Shown here: piece after piece, positions 54,167-63,220 of the stretch
Layout: the number at the start of each line of letters is the position of its first letter
How positions within the stretch are numbered: position 1 is the stretch's first letter
Assembly: GCA_018696595.1 (NCBI GenBank)
Contig: JABHQW010000003.1
Coordinates: 64,001 to 128,000, forward strand
Direction of reading: 5' to 3'
Length of the DNA stretch: 64,000 bases
Source of the DNA: Candidatus Woesearchaeota archaeon
Lineage (GTDB): Archaea > Nanobdellota > Nanobdellia > Woesearchaeales > GW2011-AR9
Position numbers and translations under genes: made by a program
Notes under the pieces: generated by a model
What the model saw: only the letters and a program-made list of their open reading frames with translations
The model's database searches: none
What the model was told of the DNA's origin: nothing

Positions 54167-55288
54167 TCAAATTCTTACCTTAACCTTGTAACCTTTAGAC
54201 CTTAAATCAGTAATCAACTCTTCAGGCCCACGTGCATCCCCCAGTTCGTTTTGCATACATACTGCAGCTTTGTAATTACCACCAACCCCTGGTCTTGCTG
54301 CCAAATCTTCGATGTTAATCATTGGCCGCAAGATATCTCTTAACTCAGTCCGTTCTCTATTGGTTACAATGATCCTCGTTTCAGGCAAAGCCAAACGAAT
54401 TATCCCATGATAAGCAATGTAACTAAGATCATCTACAGGATTTGGTGTAGCAAAACAATGGTTAGGTATTTTTTGATGCCTAGGTATTGAAATACTTTGA
54501 GGAAACTTTCCTGAAATCTCTTTGATATGATATGCATGAGCAATTAAAGATAAAATCTCATAATCATGCCCGCCATCGTTACAATTCAATCCCAACAATG
54601 TTCCAATACCCACTTCATCAAAACCTGCTTCTAATGCTCTTTCTTGTGCATTAACCCGAAACTCAAAATTCTTTTTAGGTCCTGAAGGATGATGACCACC
54701 ATATGTTACAGGATCGTAAGATTCTTGAAATACCCTAAATTGTAACTGATGATCAATTCCTGCCCTGATCTTTTGGAAATCACTAACACTCATCGGTGCA
54801 ACATTAAAGTTAATCCGTTCAAGTTTCCCTAAACAATCACTTCTCTTAGCAATATTTCCAGCCATTACTAAAAATTCTGGTGTTACAACTCTTGGATCTT
54901 CTCCTGCAAGAATACAAATTTCTGCTGGTCCGTACTTTAACACTTGATCAAAGTCTTGTTCCATTTCTTTTGCTGTCAAAACACTTCTTTCTTGAGGAAG
55001 TTCTTGATTATGGCCACAGTAGTTACAACTATTGATACAAAAGTCTGATAAATAACTTACAGCATAGAAATCAATCTCTTTAGCATACATCTTTTCATTA
55101 AGCTTTTTTGCTTTTTCCATAATCTCTGCAAAAAATAAAGCTTTATGTTTTAAGACTGCAGCAAGTTCTTCTACCATAAAGATTCCATCTTGAGCTTTTT
55201 CAGTTATTCTGTCAACAGAAACATTCTCAACATTGGCACTATCAAGAATTTTAGGCAATCCCACAAGTTTATCAACTAAACTAACCAT
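54167..55288 (-). CDS. ThiH/HydG/NosL-family radical SAM enzyme (aromatic amino-acid lyase clade)
   Basis: YLSDFCINSCNYCG (CxxxCxxC), FQESY..Y..H..GPK, VGIGTLLGL, ISIPR, IRLALP...I...RE. ATG 55288 overlaps the upstream stop by 8 nt. Confidence 0.85.
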   Translation of the reverse strand: MVSLVDKLVGLPKILDSANVENVSVDRITEKAQDGIFMVEELAAVLKHKALFFAEIMEKAKKLNEKMYAKEIDFYAVSYLSDFCINSCNYCGHNQELPQERSVLTAKEMEQDFDQVLKYGPAEICILAGEDPRVVTPEFLVMAGNIAKRSDCLGKLERINFNVAPMSVSDFQKIRAGIDHQLQFRVFQESYDPVTYGGHHPSGPKKNFEFRVNAQERALEAGFDEVGIGTLLGLNCNDGGHDYEILSLIAHAYHIKEISGKFPQSISIPRHQKIPNHCFATPNPVDDLSYIAYHGIIRLALPETRIIVTNRERTELRDILRPMINIEDLAARPGVGGNYKAAVCMQNELGDARGPEELITDLRSKGYKVKVRI

Positions 55289-56234
55289 CTTCAATCACCT
55301 TAAATTCCTGATGAAACTTTTTTGGATCTTTAATATCAAGAAACTCACCACCATTGTACGGAGTTATGGGTTCATTTACATCCTGGAAGAAAACGTCTGT
55401 GTAAACAATGAAACCATCCAAGTCTGATTCTACTTTCATTGGCGTAACAAAATCTCTTTCAAATCTTCTTACTTGAGATTTCCCATCACTGTAAACATTT
55501 GCTCCAGGAAGATCAACCACTAAGTGATCAATCTTATTAGTCCTTAGTGCCTCTACTAAATTCTGAAAAATCCCTGGCATTCTTGTTCCAAAATTTGGCC
55601 CACGGGTATGAAACTCCATTAAATCTCTACCCAAAAAGTAATTGATCCCAGTAACTATGTCTTTAGGAGTTTTCTCAAACATTGCTGAATCAAAAGTGTA
55701 AACTAGTTTCTCATCTTTTTTGATTACAACCCCAAAATCTTGTTGTACATGACAACTCATGTAATGTAATGCGTCATGACCTACAATCTTGTCAAGAATG
55801 TTTGTCTCAGTAATTATCCCTTGCTCGTTAAAAACAAAGTAACCCCTCTCTGGAATGGTCACTTTAAGATTTCCTTGAACCGCTTCATCTTTCTCAACTA
55901 TTGCATTTTCATGCAAAAGTGCCAATGACGTTGCAGTTATTACTGAATCCCTACTTTGTTTATCTTTCTCAAATTGTCCAACACTAAATTCTAATTTCTC
56001 CCCTAACATTTCAGAAAGTTTTAAAGCATACTCAACATCAGAAGACAACCTAACAGGAGTAATTGGTGTTGGTGTTAAAGGTACAACTAATCCTCCATTT
56101 ACTGTATCCTCTAAACTTCTTTCCAATGCAGATATACTTGCATGTGGGTTATGAATTACATTTAAGTATAGTGCACTGACATTCTTTTCAGCAGGTAATT
56201 CATTAATTTTAATAGTCCTAAATCTATTTGACAT
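55281..56234 (-). CDS. Hypothetical protein (317 aa) coupled to the radical SAM gene
   Basis: GGAGG SD 9 nt before ATG 56234; no family recognised. Confidence 0.7.
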   Translation of the reverse strand: MSNRFRTIKINELPAEKNVSALYLNVIHNPHASISALERSLEDTVNGGLVVPLTPTPITPVRLSSDVEYALKLSEMLGEKLEFSVGQFEKDKQSRDSVITATSLALLHENAIVEKDEAVQGNLKVTIPERGYFVFNEQGIITETNILDKIVGHDALHYMSCHVQQDFGVVIKKDEKLVYTFDSAMFEKTPKDIVTGINYFLGRDLMEFHTRGPNFGTRMPGIFQNLVEALRTNKIDHLVVDLPGANVYSDGKSQVRRFERDFVTPMKVESDLDGFIVYTDVFFQDVNEPITPYNGGEFLDIKDPKKFHQEFKVIEDG

Positions 56235-56364
56235 TTTATTATTCCTCCAAATCTGTTTTGTTAATTTATTTATTTCAAGAACCAACAACCAATTTTCTTT
56301 TTCCTTTTTGTTAAAAAGTTTAGCTTCTTAATTAAGTAAAAAATTATAAGGGCTGATTAAATAA

Positions 56365-56430
56365 TCACCAATAGAAATAGTTAAAACTAACACAATTGTC
56401 CTCGACAAAATTGTTTAGTTTAGTTTTCAT
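56365..56430 (-). CDS. Candidate 21-aa aromatic-rich leader/precursor peptide MKTKLNNFVEDNCVSFNYFYW
   Basis: The ATG lies 22 nt downstream of a BRE-TATA. Five of the last six residues are F/Y/W. The stop is embedded in a hairpin followed by T6. Confidence 0.55.
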   Translation of the reverse strand: MKTKLNNFVEDNCVSFNYFYW

Positions 56431-56452
56431 TATAGGTAGGAATGTAAAAGAA

Positions 56453-56467
56453 TATAAAAACTTTTCT
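56453..56467 (-). promoter_or_regulatory. BRE/TATA promoter of the uORF-hypothetical-radical SAM operon
   Basis: AGAAAAG-TTTTTATA on the minus strand. Confidence 0.65.
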
Positions 56468-56508
56468 ATAAAAAAATCAAAAAAAACACGGAAAAAGAAA
56501 GAAAAAAA

Positions 56509-57036
56509 CTATTTCTTTTTAGGTGGATAACTTTTCTTAGGAGAATAATTCTTCTTAGCGGGTGACTTAAACACAAACCAGTCTTCTTTAGTTATCGGAT
56601 GAAAGTAGTCCGCTTCATTAATTAGAATTCTAGCAGTTGTTTCTCTAACAGCAGCAATCTCTACACGAACACCTTCAGATTTTAGATGAGTAACTAAATC
56701 AACATAATCTGAATCGCCAGACATAATAATAATTGTATCAACTTTAGAAGCTAATTGTGTGGCTTTAATAGATAACGGAATGTCTGCAGATTTGTGACAA
56801 GGTACAACAGAACCGTAATATTGGTTATGTAATCTCTCTGCTAACTTATCAGAAATATTTTTTCCTTCCCGGAAATAGATTAATCTATTTAACCCTCTCT
56901 CATTAAGTAACTTAGGAATTAGTTTGTCAAAATTCACCATTGCGCTAGTGTTTTTAGCAATGTCATGAATACTTCTTTCTACATTATTACCATCACAAAG
57001 AATTGCTACGGACTGATTAATTTGAATTTTTGTCAT
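56509..57036 (-). CDS. NYN (LabA/DUF88) PIN-fold nuclease
   Basis: VAILCDGNNV, KSAD..L, MSGDSDY..LV..LK..G..V; GAGGTGG SD. Confidence 0.9.
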   Translation of the reverse strand: MTKIQINQSVAILCDGNNVERSIHDIAKNTSAMVNFDKLIPKLLNERGLNRLIYFREGKNISDKLAERLHNQYYGSVVPCHKSADIPLSIKATQLASKVDTIIIMSGDSDYVDLVTHLKSEGVRVEIAAVRETTARILINEADYFHPITKEDWFVFKSPAKKNYSPKKSYPPKKK

Positions 57037-57061
57037 AATTACCACCTCAACTTAAAAAAAA

Positions 57062-57208
57062 TTATTTCTTTTCTTCTTTTTCTTTCTCTTTCTGATACTT
57101 CACGTAATTTTTCTTACACTTATCACAAATAACTGGCTGTCTACTCTCAACAGCTACCCAAACGTCTTTACAAACTCTACATTTCTTCTTAAACTTTAAT
57201 TTTGCCAT
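57062..57208 (-). CDS. Small zinc-finger protein (48 aa), absent from the ORF track
   Basis: Hand translation MAKLKFKKKCRVCKDVWVAVESRQPVICDKCKKNYVKYQKEKEKEEKK* with two CxxC; TATA ~22 nt upstream. Confidence 0.7.
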   Translation of the reverse strand: MAKLKFKKKCRVCKDVWVAVESRQPVICDKCKKNYVKYQKEKEKEEKK

Positions 57209-57283
57209 ATATCTATTAATTTATTCCTTTATATAAGTCTTTGTGTTTATATAATCAATTAATACAAACATCAACGTAAATTT

Positions 57284-57403
57284 TGAATAGCACAGGTTCG
57301 CTTCTCCTATGTATAATAAGAATGCGGTCCCCCCCGTAAGGGGCACCACCCACCGCACACAAATGTTTGTTCTATTAGAACGCTCACAAATTGGTGCTAT
57401 TCA
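57284..57403. ncRNA. Unidentified 120-nt structured RNA candidate
   Basis: Perfect 10-bp closing stem TGAATAGCAC/GTGCTATTCA enclosing three hairpins; TTTATATA ~30 nt upstream on the plus strand. Confidence 0.55.
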
Positions 57404-57531
57404 TTAAAGTCTTCTGTTTATAATTTAGAAGTTAACACATAGTTTTATAAAAGAAAGACGTATTTTAGGTGTATCAATACAAGTATGAGTACCAGTATGA
57501 GTATTATTTAATTTAGGAGGAAAACATCAAA

Positions 57532-57726
57532 ATGGAAGGAACAATCAAATGGTTTGACACCACAAAAGGATTTGGTTTCATTCACTGCGAAGAAGAAGGA
57601 AAAGACTTTTTTGTCCATCATAGCGCTTTGCCAGAAGGAATGCAATTAAATGAAGGAGATAAAGTTACTTTTGACCCAGTCGAAACCGAAAAAGGCGTTC
57701 AAGCACAAAACGTTAAACTAGTTTAA
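57532..57726 (+). CDS. cspA: Cold-shock protein (CSD)
   Basis: GTIKWF, KGFGFI (RNP1), DFFVHHS (RNP2), QAQNV; AGGAGG SD. Confidence 0.95.
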   Translation: MEGTIKWFDTTKGFGFIHCEEEGKDFFVHHSALPEGMQLNEGDKVTFDPVETEKGVQAQNVKLV

Positions 57727-57816
57727 TCATTATTATAATTCAATTATAATTCTAATTATTCAAATTTCTTTTTTTTATCTTTTTTTCTCAACTTCTAGAA
57801 ATACTTAATGCATCAT

Positions 57817-58200
57817 CTAATCAAAATATTCAACATCATCAGTTGTTATTTCAATAACTTTTCTTTCTTTTCTAAAAGTACTTGTTTGGTTAGAAAAAGT
57901 TGGTTTGGGTTTATCCTCAAGAACATCTTCAATCTTATTTTTGGTAGTAATAGTTTTAATTTCCAAAGCCTTACTTTGATTAACGTTACCACAATTGATA
58001 CAATTAAAATAAGTTCCAAATTTACCTGCACGAGGTTCTAACCAAGAGCCGCAAGTACACTTAAAGTCTTGTAAAACACTTTTAGTGTGCATTCTACAAA
58101 CATCTATTCCTTGCTCATTCTTTTGCGTGGCAACACCATTACAGAAAGGGCACATTGCTCTTTTATAATTACCATAACTTTTCTTCGCTTTGAATCCCAT
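57817..58200 (-). CDS. Multi-cysteine zinc-ribbon protein
   Basis: CPFC, CRMH, CTC, and GKFGTYFNCINC resembling topoisomerase C4 ribbons; the ATG reads on the minus strand at 58200. Confidence 0.65.
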   Translation of the reverse strand: MGFKAKKSYGNYKRAMCPFCNGVATQKNEQGIDVCRMHTKSVLQDFKCTCGSWLEPRAGKFGTYFNCINCGNVNQSKALEIKTITTKNKIEDVLEDKPKPTFSNQTSTFRKERKVIEITTDDVEYFD

Positions 58201-58242
58201 TAAAGAAATAAAAAAATTATGCTTTATATTATTAACGGTTTA

Positions 58243-59346
58243 TTATTTTTCTTGATCTAACAATTTGCTTAACAAACGATAACGATTATTTTTCCAAGGA
58301 GCATCTTTAGGACCACGAACAAAAGGATTCACCCAATTCTTTACCACTCCATCATTAGTGTGATATCTTTGAAAGTGACCACGAACAATTTCTCTATAAT
58401 CCATCGTTCTTGGTTCAATATCATCAGTTTTAGGATAAGTAGTAGTTCTTTTAATATCAATCCAATGAACTGGTTTTAATTGCCTTAATGGCTCTTTTCC
58501 TTTTTTTACTCTTCTTCTATTTATCCTAGTTACATCTGTTCTGGACTTCTTAACAATCGTAATATTATGTGCATTAATATAATCAATTATATTAACACAA
58601 AGATCTATTAATTTAAAATAAGGTTCTTCTTCTATCATTAAGTCTAATTTTACACCAGAACATTCAGTTACACAGAAATCCATACCTCTCCCTTTCTTTA
58701 AATCTTCACCTACAAAACTAAGATGATAAGGTAAATCAAATCGATTCATACCTTCAAAAAATAATCCTGCATAAAATAAATCATTGTTCACTATTTTTTC
58801 TAGAAGTTCCCTTTTCATTTCATCGTCTTCAACATCTGGATCAGACATTAACACATTAGTAACTGGACAAATATCTTCCATTTTTCCAAAAAGAATTCCT
58901 TTTAATGGTGCTTCTACACCTTTTTGCATTTCAAAAGGAACAGCTTCATTCAATTCAAAAAACATTACGTCAAAAGGCAAATAATCTAAAGCATCATAAT
59001 TTGTTTGTGGTTGTTCTAAAAAATACAAGCTATCCACAACAGCGCCATTTAGAAGTATTAATTTTGAAGAATCTAAAGAAGAACTTAAATCTTTTCTTAA
59101 TCTTGCTTCATATTCCAAATCAGGTTGCCCTTCAATTTTTACAGGTGAACGTTTACTATGTTCAGATTCTTTTCTAGGTGTATCTTCTGTAGGCTCTTCA
59201 CTATACCAATTAATCAGATCATCTAATAACATACGTTTTGCTTTTGACATAAAGTCAAAATCTATTTTTCTTTTATAAACCTTACGCCCATTAACTACTG
59301 AAAGATAACGATTATCAATTAAAACAGTAATCTTTATATCTACCAA
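58243..59346 (-). CDS. Hypothetical protein with C-terminal RGH-motif segment
   Basis: 367-aa ORF ending VRGHFQRYH...NWVNPFVRG. Confidence 0.6.
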   Translation of the reverse strand: MVDIKITVLIDNRYLSVVNGRKVYKRKIDFDFMSKAKRMLLDDLINWYSEEPTEDTPRKESEHSKRSPVKIEGQPDLEYEARLRKDLSSSLDSSKLILLNGAVVDSLYFLEQPQTNYDALDYLPFDVMFFELNEAVPFEMQKGVEAPLKGILFGKMEDICPVTNVLMSDPDVEDDEMKRELLEKIVNNDLFYAGLFFEGMNRFDLPYHLSFVGEDLKKGRGMDFCVTECSGVKLDLMIEEEPYFKLIDLCVNIIDYINAHNITIVKKSRTDVTRINRRRVKKGKEPLRQLKPVHWIDIKRTTTYPKTDDIEPRTMDYREIVRGHFQRYHTNDGVVKNWVNPFVRGPKDAPWKNNRYRLLSKLLDQEK

Positions 59347-59363
59347 ACAAATTTCTAACTAAC

Positions 59364-60071
59364 ATGGAAAGAGTTCAAAAGATATTATCCAATCGAGGCT
59401 TTTGTTCAAGAAGGAAAGCAGAACAGTTAATTAAAGAAGGAAGAGTTAAAGTTAATGGTAAAACTATCTCGATTGGCGATCAGGCTACAAACAAAAGTAA
59501 GATTACAGTAGATAATGATCCAATCGATAAGCCGAGAAGGATTTATTTAATGTTTAACAAACCTAATAAATGTATAACTGCTTTAACAGATCCAGAATTA
59601 CCAACAGTAATGGAATATATTGACATTCCTGAAAGAGTTTTTCCAGTAGGAAGATTAGATTATAACACCACTGGATTACTTTTATTAACAAATGATGGAG
59701 ATTTTGCTAACAGAGTTATGCATCCTCGAAATGAAGTCAAGAAAACTTATCAAGTTAAATTAACTTCAACTATTACAGATGATCAACTTAGACAAGCTCG
59801 TGAAGGGATTGATTTAAGAGATGGTACAACTAGACCGGCAAGAATTAAAAAGTACGATAGAACATTCTTCGACATCGTTATCCATGAAGGAAAGAATCAA
59901 ATCATTAAAAGAATGTTTAAGAAAATGGGTTTCAGAGTTAAATCTTTGAAACGGGTTGCTATTGGAAGATTAACTTTAGGAAAATTAAAGCCCGGTGAAT
60001 TCAAAGAGTTAACTAAAAAAGAAATTGATCGAATCTTTGTTAAAATTGTAATCCCAAAAGTAAAAAGATAA
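59364..60071 (+). CDS. RsuA/RluB-family pseudouridine synthase with S4 domain
   Basis: ERVQKILS..G.CSRRKAE, FNKP, FPVGRLDYNTTGLLLLTNDG, EGKNQIIKRM. Confidence 0.93.
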   Translation: MERVQKILSNRGFCSRRKAEQLIKEGRVKVNGKTISIGDQATNKSKITVDNDPIDKPRRIYLMFNKPNKCITALTDPELPTVMEYIDIPERVFPVGRLDYNTTGLLLLTNDGDFANRVMHPRNEVKKTYQVKLTSTITDDQLRQAREGIDLRDGTTRPARIKKYDRTFFDIVIHEGKNQIIKRMFKKMGFRVKSLKRVAIGRLTLGKLKPGEFKELTKKEIDRIFVKIVIPKVKR

Positions 60072-60087
60072 AGTAATAGAGTCTTTA

Positions 60088-60453
60088 TTAAGGGTTAGTT
60101 GTTCTTCCATTAATTGATCTTAATGCATCTTCTAACTGACGGACATATACAAGTTTAAGATTTTTATCAAACAAGTTCTTTATGTCTGTTGGAGTTGGAC
60201 CTCCTCCTCTACTAATTGCTATAAAGTAACTCCAAGGTTGTTCTTCTTTTAATTGACGAACATCATCAAATCCAACATTAGATAAATGTAAAACATACAG
60301 ATCATAATCTCTTGGAAGACGATCTACCCTCAGTTGATGAGAAACCCTTAGTTCAATTGGAATATTGGTCTCATCAGAAGCTAACCTTAATGATCCCGCA
60401 ATCTTTTCTCCAACTCTAGAAGAATCTACCAGATATACTTTCTTCTCACCCAT
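60088..60453 (-). CDS. Possible atypical receiver (CheY-like) domain protein
   Basis: KVYLVDS, YDLYVLH and FIAIS align to receiver strands 1, 3 and 4; weak assignment. Confidence 0.4.
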   Translation of the reverse strand: MGEKKVYLVDSSRVGEKIAGSLRLASDETNIPIELRVSHQLRVDRLPRDYDLYVLHLSNVGFDDVRQLKEEQPWSYFIAISRGGGPTPTDIKNLFDKNLKLVYVRQLEDALRSINGRTTNP

Positions 60454-60455
60454 TA

Positions 60456-61805
60456 CTAATCACTTCTTCGAGTCATTTCTCTAGAACGGTATTGAGAACC
60501 ACCAGATGAAGATGAGTTACTTCTACTTCTGGAACGATTGTATCCACCGCTTCCACCACGACTTCCGCCACGTCCACCATAACCTCTTCCAGCATGATGA
60601 CCGTGTTGGTTTCGATGTCCACGAGTATCTCGATGACCACTAAACCTTCTTCGATTACCGCCATCAGAACTTTCTCGAGGACGAGCATCAAAACTTAACT
60701 TAGGAAAGTCAGGAGCTTCAATTTCGCTGATTTCTAAATCAAATCTGTCAAAGATATTGTTAAAAACTTCATAATCTCGATCACTAAGTAAAGTTATTGC
60801 TTTACCTTGTTCTCCAGCACGAGCAGTTCTACCAATTCTGTGAACATACTCTTGTGGGTCTTTGGACAAGTCATAATTAAAAACGTGTGTTACGCCTTTA
60901 ATATCTAACCCACGAGCAGCAACAGCAGAAGCAACTAAAACATTTAACTTATCTTTGTTAAATCTTTCAATAACATTTAACCGTTTATTCTGACTCATTT
61001 TACCGTGAATCATTTCTGCTTTAATACCTTGTGCTTTCAAGTTAGGTGTTAACATTTCTACTGTTGAACGAGATGAACAGAAAATCATTACTCGATCAGT
61101 TTCTTCCGACTTAATCAAATGTACTAACAAAGAGAACTTTTGATTATGTGGAATATTGTAATAATGTTGCTCCAAAAATTCTTGCTTAACATGTTTGTCT
61201 GCTTCAGCTACAACAGGATTTTTCATGTGAGTTTTCTTAATATGTTCAATCTCATTAGAAATTGTTGCACCGAACAATAAAATCTGTCTTCCTTCAGGAG
61301 TTTCAGATAAAATCAGTTCAATATCTTCAACAAAACCCATTTCTACCATCTTATCTGCTTCATCTAAAACAAAACAGTTTACATTAGAAAAATTAACATT
61401 TCTTCTATTTAAATGGTCTAATAATCTTCCAGGTGTAGAGACAACAATGTCTGCTTTTCTCATTTCTCTAACTTGCGGATCTAAAGCAACTCCACCGTAA
61501 ACAGTAGCAATGTTACATCTTTTATACTTAGAAAATTTCTTTAATTCATTAGCAATTTGTACCGCCAATTCTCTAACTGGTGATAAAATTACAACTTGTA
61601 ATCCTTGTCCAGGTTTTACGTTATCAATTACAGGAACTCCAAAAGCTACTGTTTTTCCTGATCCAGTGTAAGACATTCCAATAACATCTTTTCCTTCCAA
61701 GATTAATGGGATTGCCATCTCTTGAATTTTTGTAGGGTTAACAACACCTTGTTCTTCCAACGCTTTGCTAACTTCTGTACTTACTTTTATATCTTTAAAT
61801 AACAT
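60456..61805 (-). CDS. DEAD-box RNA helicase (CshA/DeaD-like) with RG-rich tail
   Basis: TGSGKT, SPVRELA, TPGRLLD, LDEAD, GAT, ARGLDI, YVHRIGRTAR, Gly/Arg/Ser tail. Confidence 0.95.
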   Translation of the reverse strand: MLFKDIKVSTEVSKALEEQGVVNPTKIQEMAIPLILEGKDVIGMSYTGSGKTVAFGVPVIDNVKPGQGLQVVILSPVRELAVQIANELKKFSKYKRCNIATVYGGVALDPQVREMRKADIVVSTPGRLLDHLNRRNVNFSNVNCFVLDEADKMVEMGFVEDIELILSETPEGRQILLFGATISNEIEHIKKTHMKNPVVAEADKHVKQEFLEQHYYNIPHNQKFSLLVHLIKSEETDRVMIFCSSRSTVEMLTPNLKAQGIKAEMIHGKMSQNKRLNVIERFNKDKLNVLVASAVAARGLDIKGVTHVFNYDLSKDPQEYVHRIGRTARAGEQGKAITLLSDRDYEVFNNIFDRFDLEISEIEAPDFPKLSFDARPRESSDGGNRRRFSGHRDTRGHRNQHGHHAGRGYGGRGGSRGGSGGYNRSRSRSNSSSSGGSQYRSREMTRRSD

Positions 61806-62128
61806 TTTATTTATTTCTCCTTGAACAAACTCTAATTTACTTAACCTTTTAGTTTAAATAATTTGAAACAGAATGAGTATAAAATACGAGTATAAACTCT
61901 CTGCTTCCGCCTATTCAATAATACTATTTATTTAAACGGGGAGTTTATAAATGTTTGCAAATAAAATCCTATTTTTAACTTAATTCTTATCTCAGGTAAT
62001 AAGTCATTAATATTGGATTTATGTCAAAAAACCAAAAAAACAATCATTTGTGCCACAGCCTTTTTATATGAAAATAAGATTAGTTAATAATCATTAAATG
62101 AAGAAATATTAATTATGGAGGAATAAAT

Positions 62129-62518
62129 ATGATTGAAAAAGTAAGGTTGGCATCAGGAGGAACTGCTGTTTCTCCATTATACGTCCAGAGAGATGAACAA
62201 GGTTATCGGGCAGGATTAAGACCGGAGGATGTTAACGGTATTCCTGCAGAAAATACGGTTTATCAAATGTTCCTTGCAGAAAGAAGAAGGATGTCAGGAT
62301 ATGATACGGGTCATTCCAGAATGGGATTAGATCAATTAACTGATTTTATATTAGGTGGAAGATCCCCACAAGGACTAATGGAATTAATTGCAGAAACTAT
62401 GGTGGAAGTTACATCCAAATTAGAAAAACCAGAAGAAGAATTAGAAAAGTGGGAAATAGTAGATTATACACTTGGAACCCTACTAACGAAGCAATACAAA
62501 CCAGAATTATTAAATTAA
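62129..62518 (+). CDS. Hypothetical protein
   Basis: 129-aa ORF with GGAGG SD. Confidence 0.55.
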   Translation: MIEKVRLASGGTAVSPLYVQRDEQGYRAGLRPEDVNGIPAENTVYQMFLAERRRMSGYDTGHSRMGLDQLTDFILGGRSPQGLMELIAETMVEVTSKLEKPEEELEKWEIVDYTLGTLLTKQYKPELLN

Positions 62519-62521
62519 TTT

Positions 62522-63157
62522 TTATTTCTTTATTTCTCTTAGTGCATGATGCGCTTCAACAAGATTCTTTTCTTCAACATATACCAAAATGTCTGGCATA
62601 CTAATTATTGTTTCAAAAATATTAATATCTCTTGTAGCCAATTCCGAAGTAATTCTAGAAATCACACCTTTAACTTTAGTAAAATCAGCTGGAAAATGTA
62701 ATCTTATTTCAGAAAGGTTATCATTAACACTAAGAATATCTGCTAGCCTAAATAAATCTAACTTCTTTTTAAGATCCTTTTTATTAATAATTAATGATAA
62801 AAATTCTTTTCCCTTAACAATCCTAAAATTATCTTTAAGAATCTTTTTATTTAAGAAATCTTCACAAACCTCTTTAAATGATCGATCCTTTAATGTAATC
62901 CTAGCAACATTATCTTTAGTAAAGATAGACATATTTTGAAAAACTTTATCTGCTTTACTAGAACCAAGAATAGAAAACTCATCTAGGTCAAATCTCCTAA
63001 TTGCACTAATAACTGCATCTAAAGAATAAGCCAAACCATATTCGCTTATTAAGTATTTAGCTAAAGAACGAATATTAATTATTTCCCGTTTCAACGATTT
63101 CTGAATGGAAATATGTTTGTTGATGATGTTATGAACTTCTTGATTAACAGATTTCAT
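62522..63157 (-). CDS. HTH + ACT-domain regulator-like protein
   Basis: N-terminal INIRSLAKYL..AVISAIRR; C-terminal GVISRITSELATRDINIFE ACT signature. Confidence 0.75.
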   Translation of the reverse strand: MKSVNQEVHNIINKHISIQKSLKREIINIRSLAKYLISEYGLAYSLDAVISAIRRFDLDEFSILGSSKADKVFQNMSIFTKDNVARITLKDRSFKEVCEDFLNKKILKDNFRIVKGKEFLSLIINKKDLKKKLDLFRLADILSVNDNLSEIRLHFPADFTKVKGVISRITSELATRDINIFETIISMPDILVYVEEKNLVEAHHALREIKK

Positions 63158-63220
63158 ATATTTAAGAAATATTTTAATGTTTAAAAATCTTTATATATCT
63201 TACAAAAACTAACAACACTT

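Noticed and set aside
56235-56450. TPP riboswitch upstream of the thiH-like gene
   Set aside because: The conserved CTGAGA and CCTGA...GCGNAGG elements are absent.
57284-57403. 5S rRNA (120 nt, 10-bp closing helix)
   Set aside because: No loop C CCGAAC-type motif, and the fold looks four-way rather than three-way on either strand. Kept as an unidentified RNA.
3925-62939. Antisense and nested ORFs in the track (e.g. 3925-4110, 7123-7470, 12261-12449, 21371-21733, 35841-36575, 43675-44244, 60473-60691, 62589-62939)
   Set aside because: They are shadows of well-supported genes or of the tRNA locus, with biased composition and no motifs.
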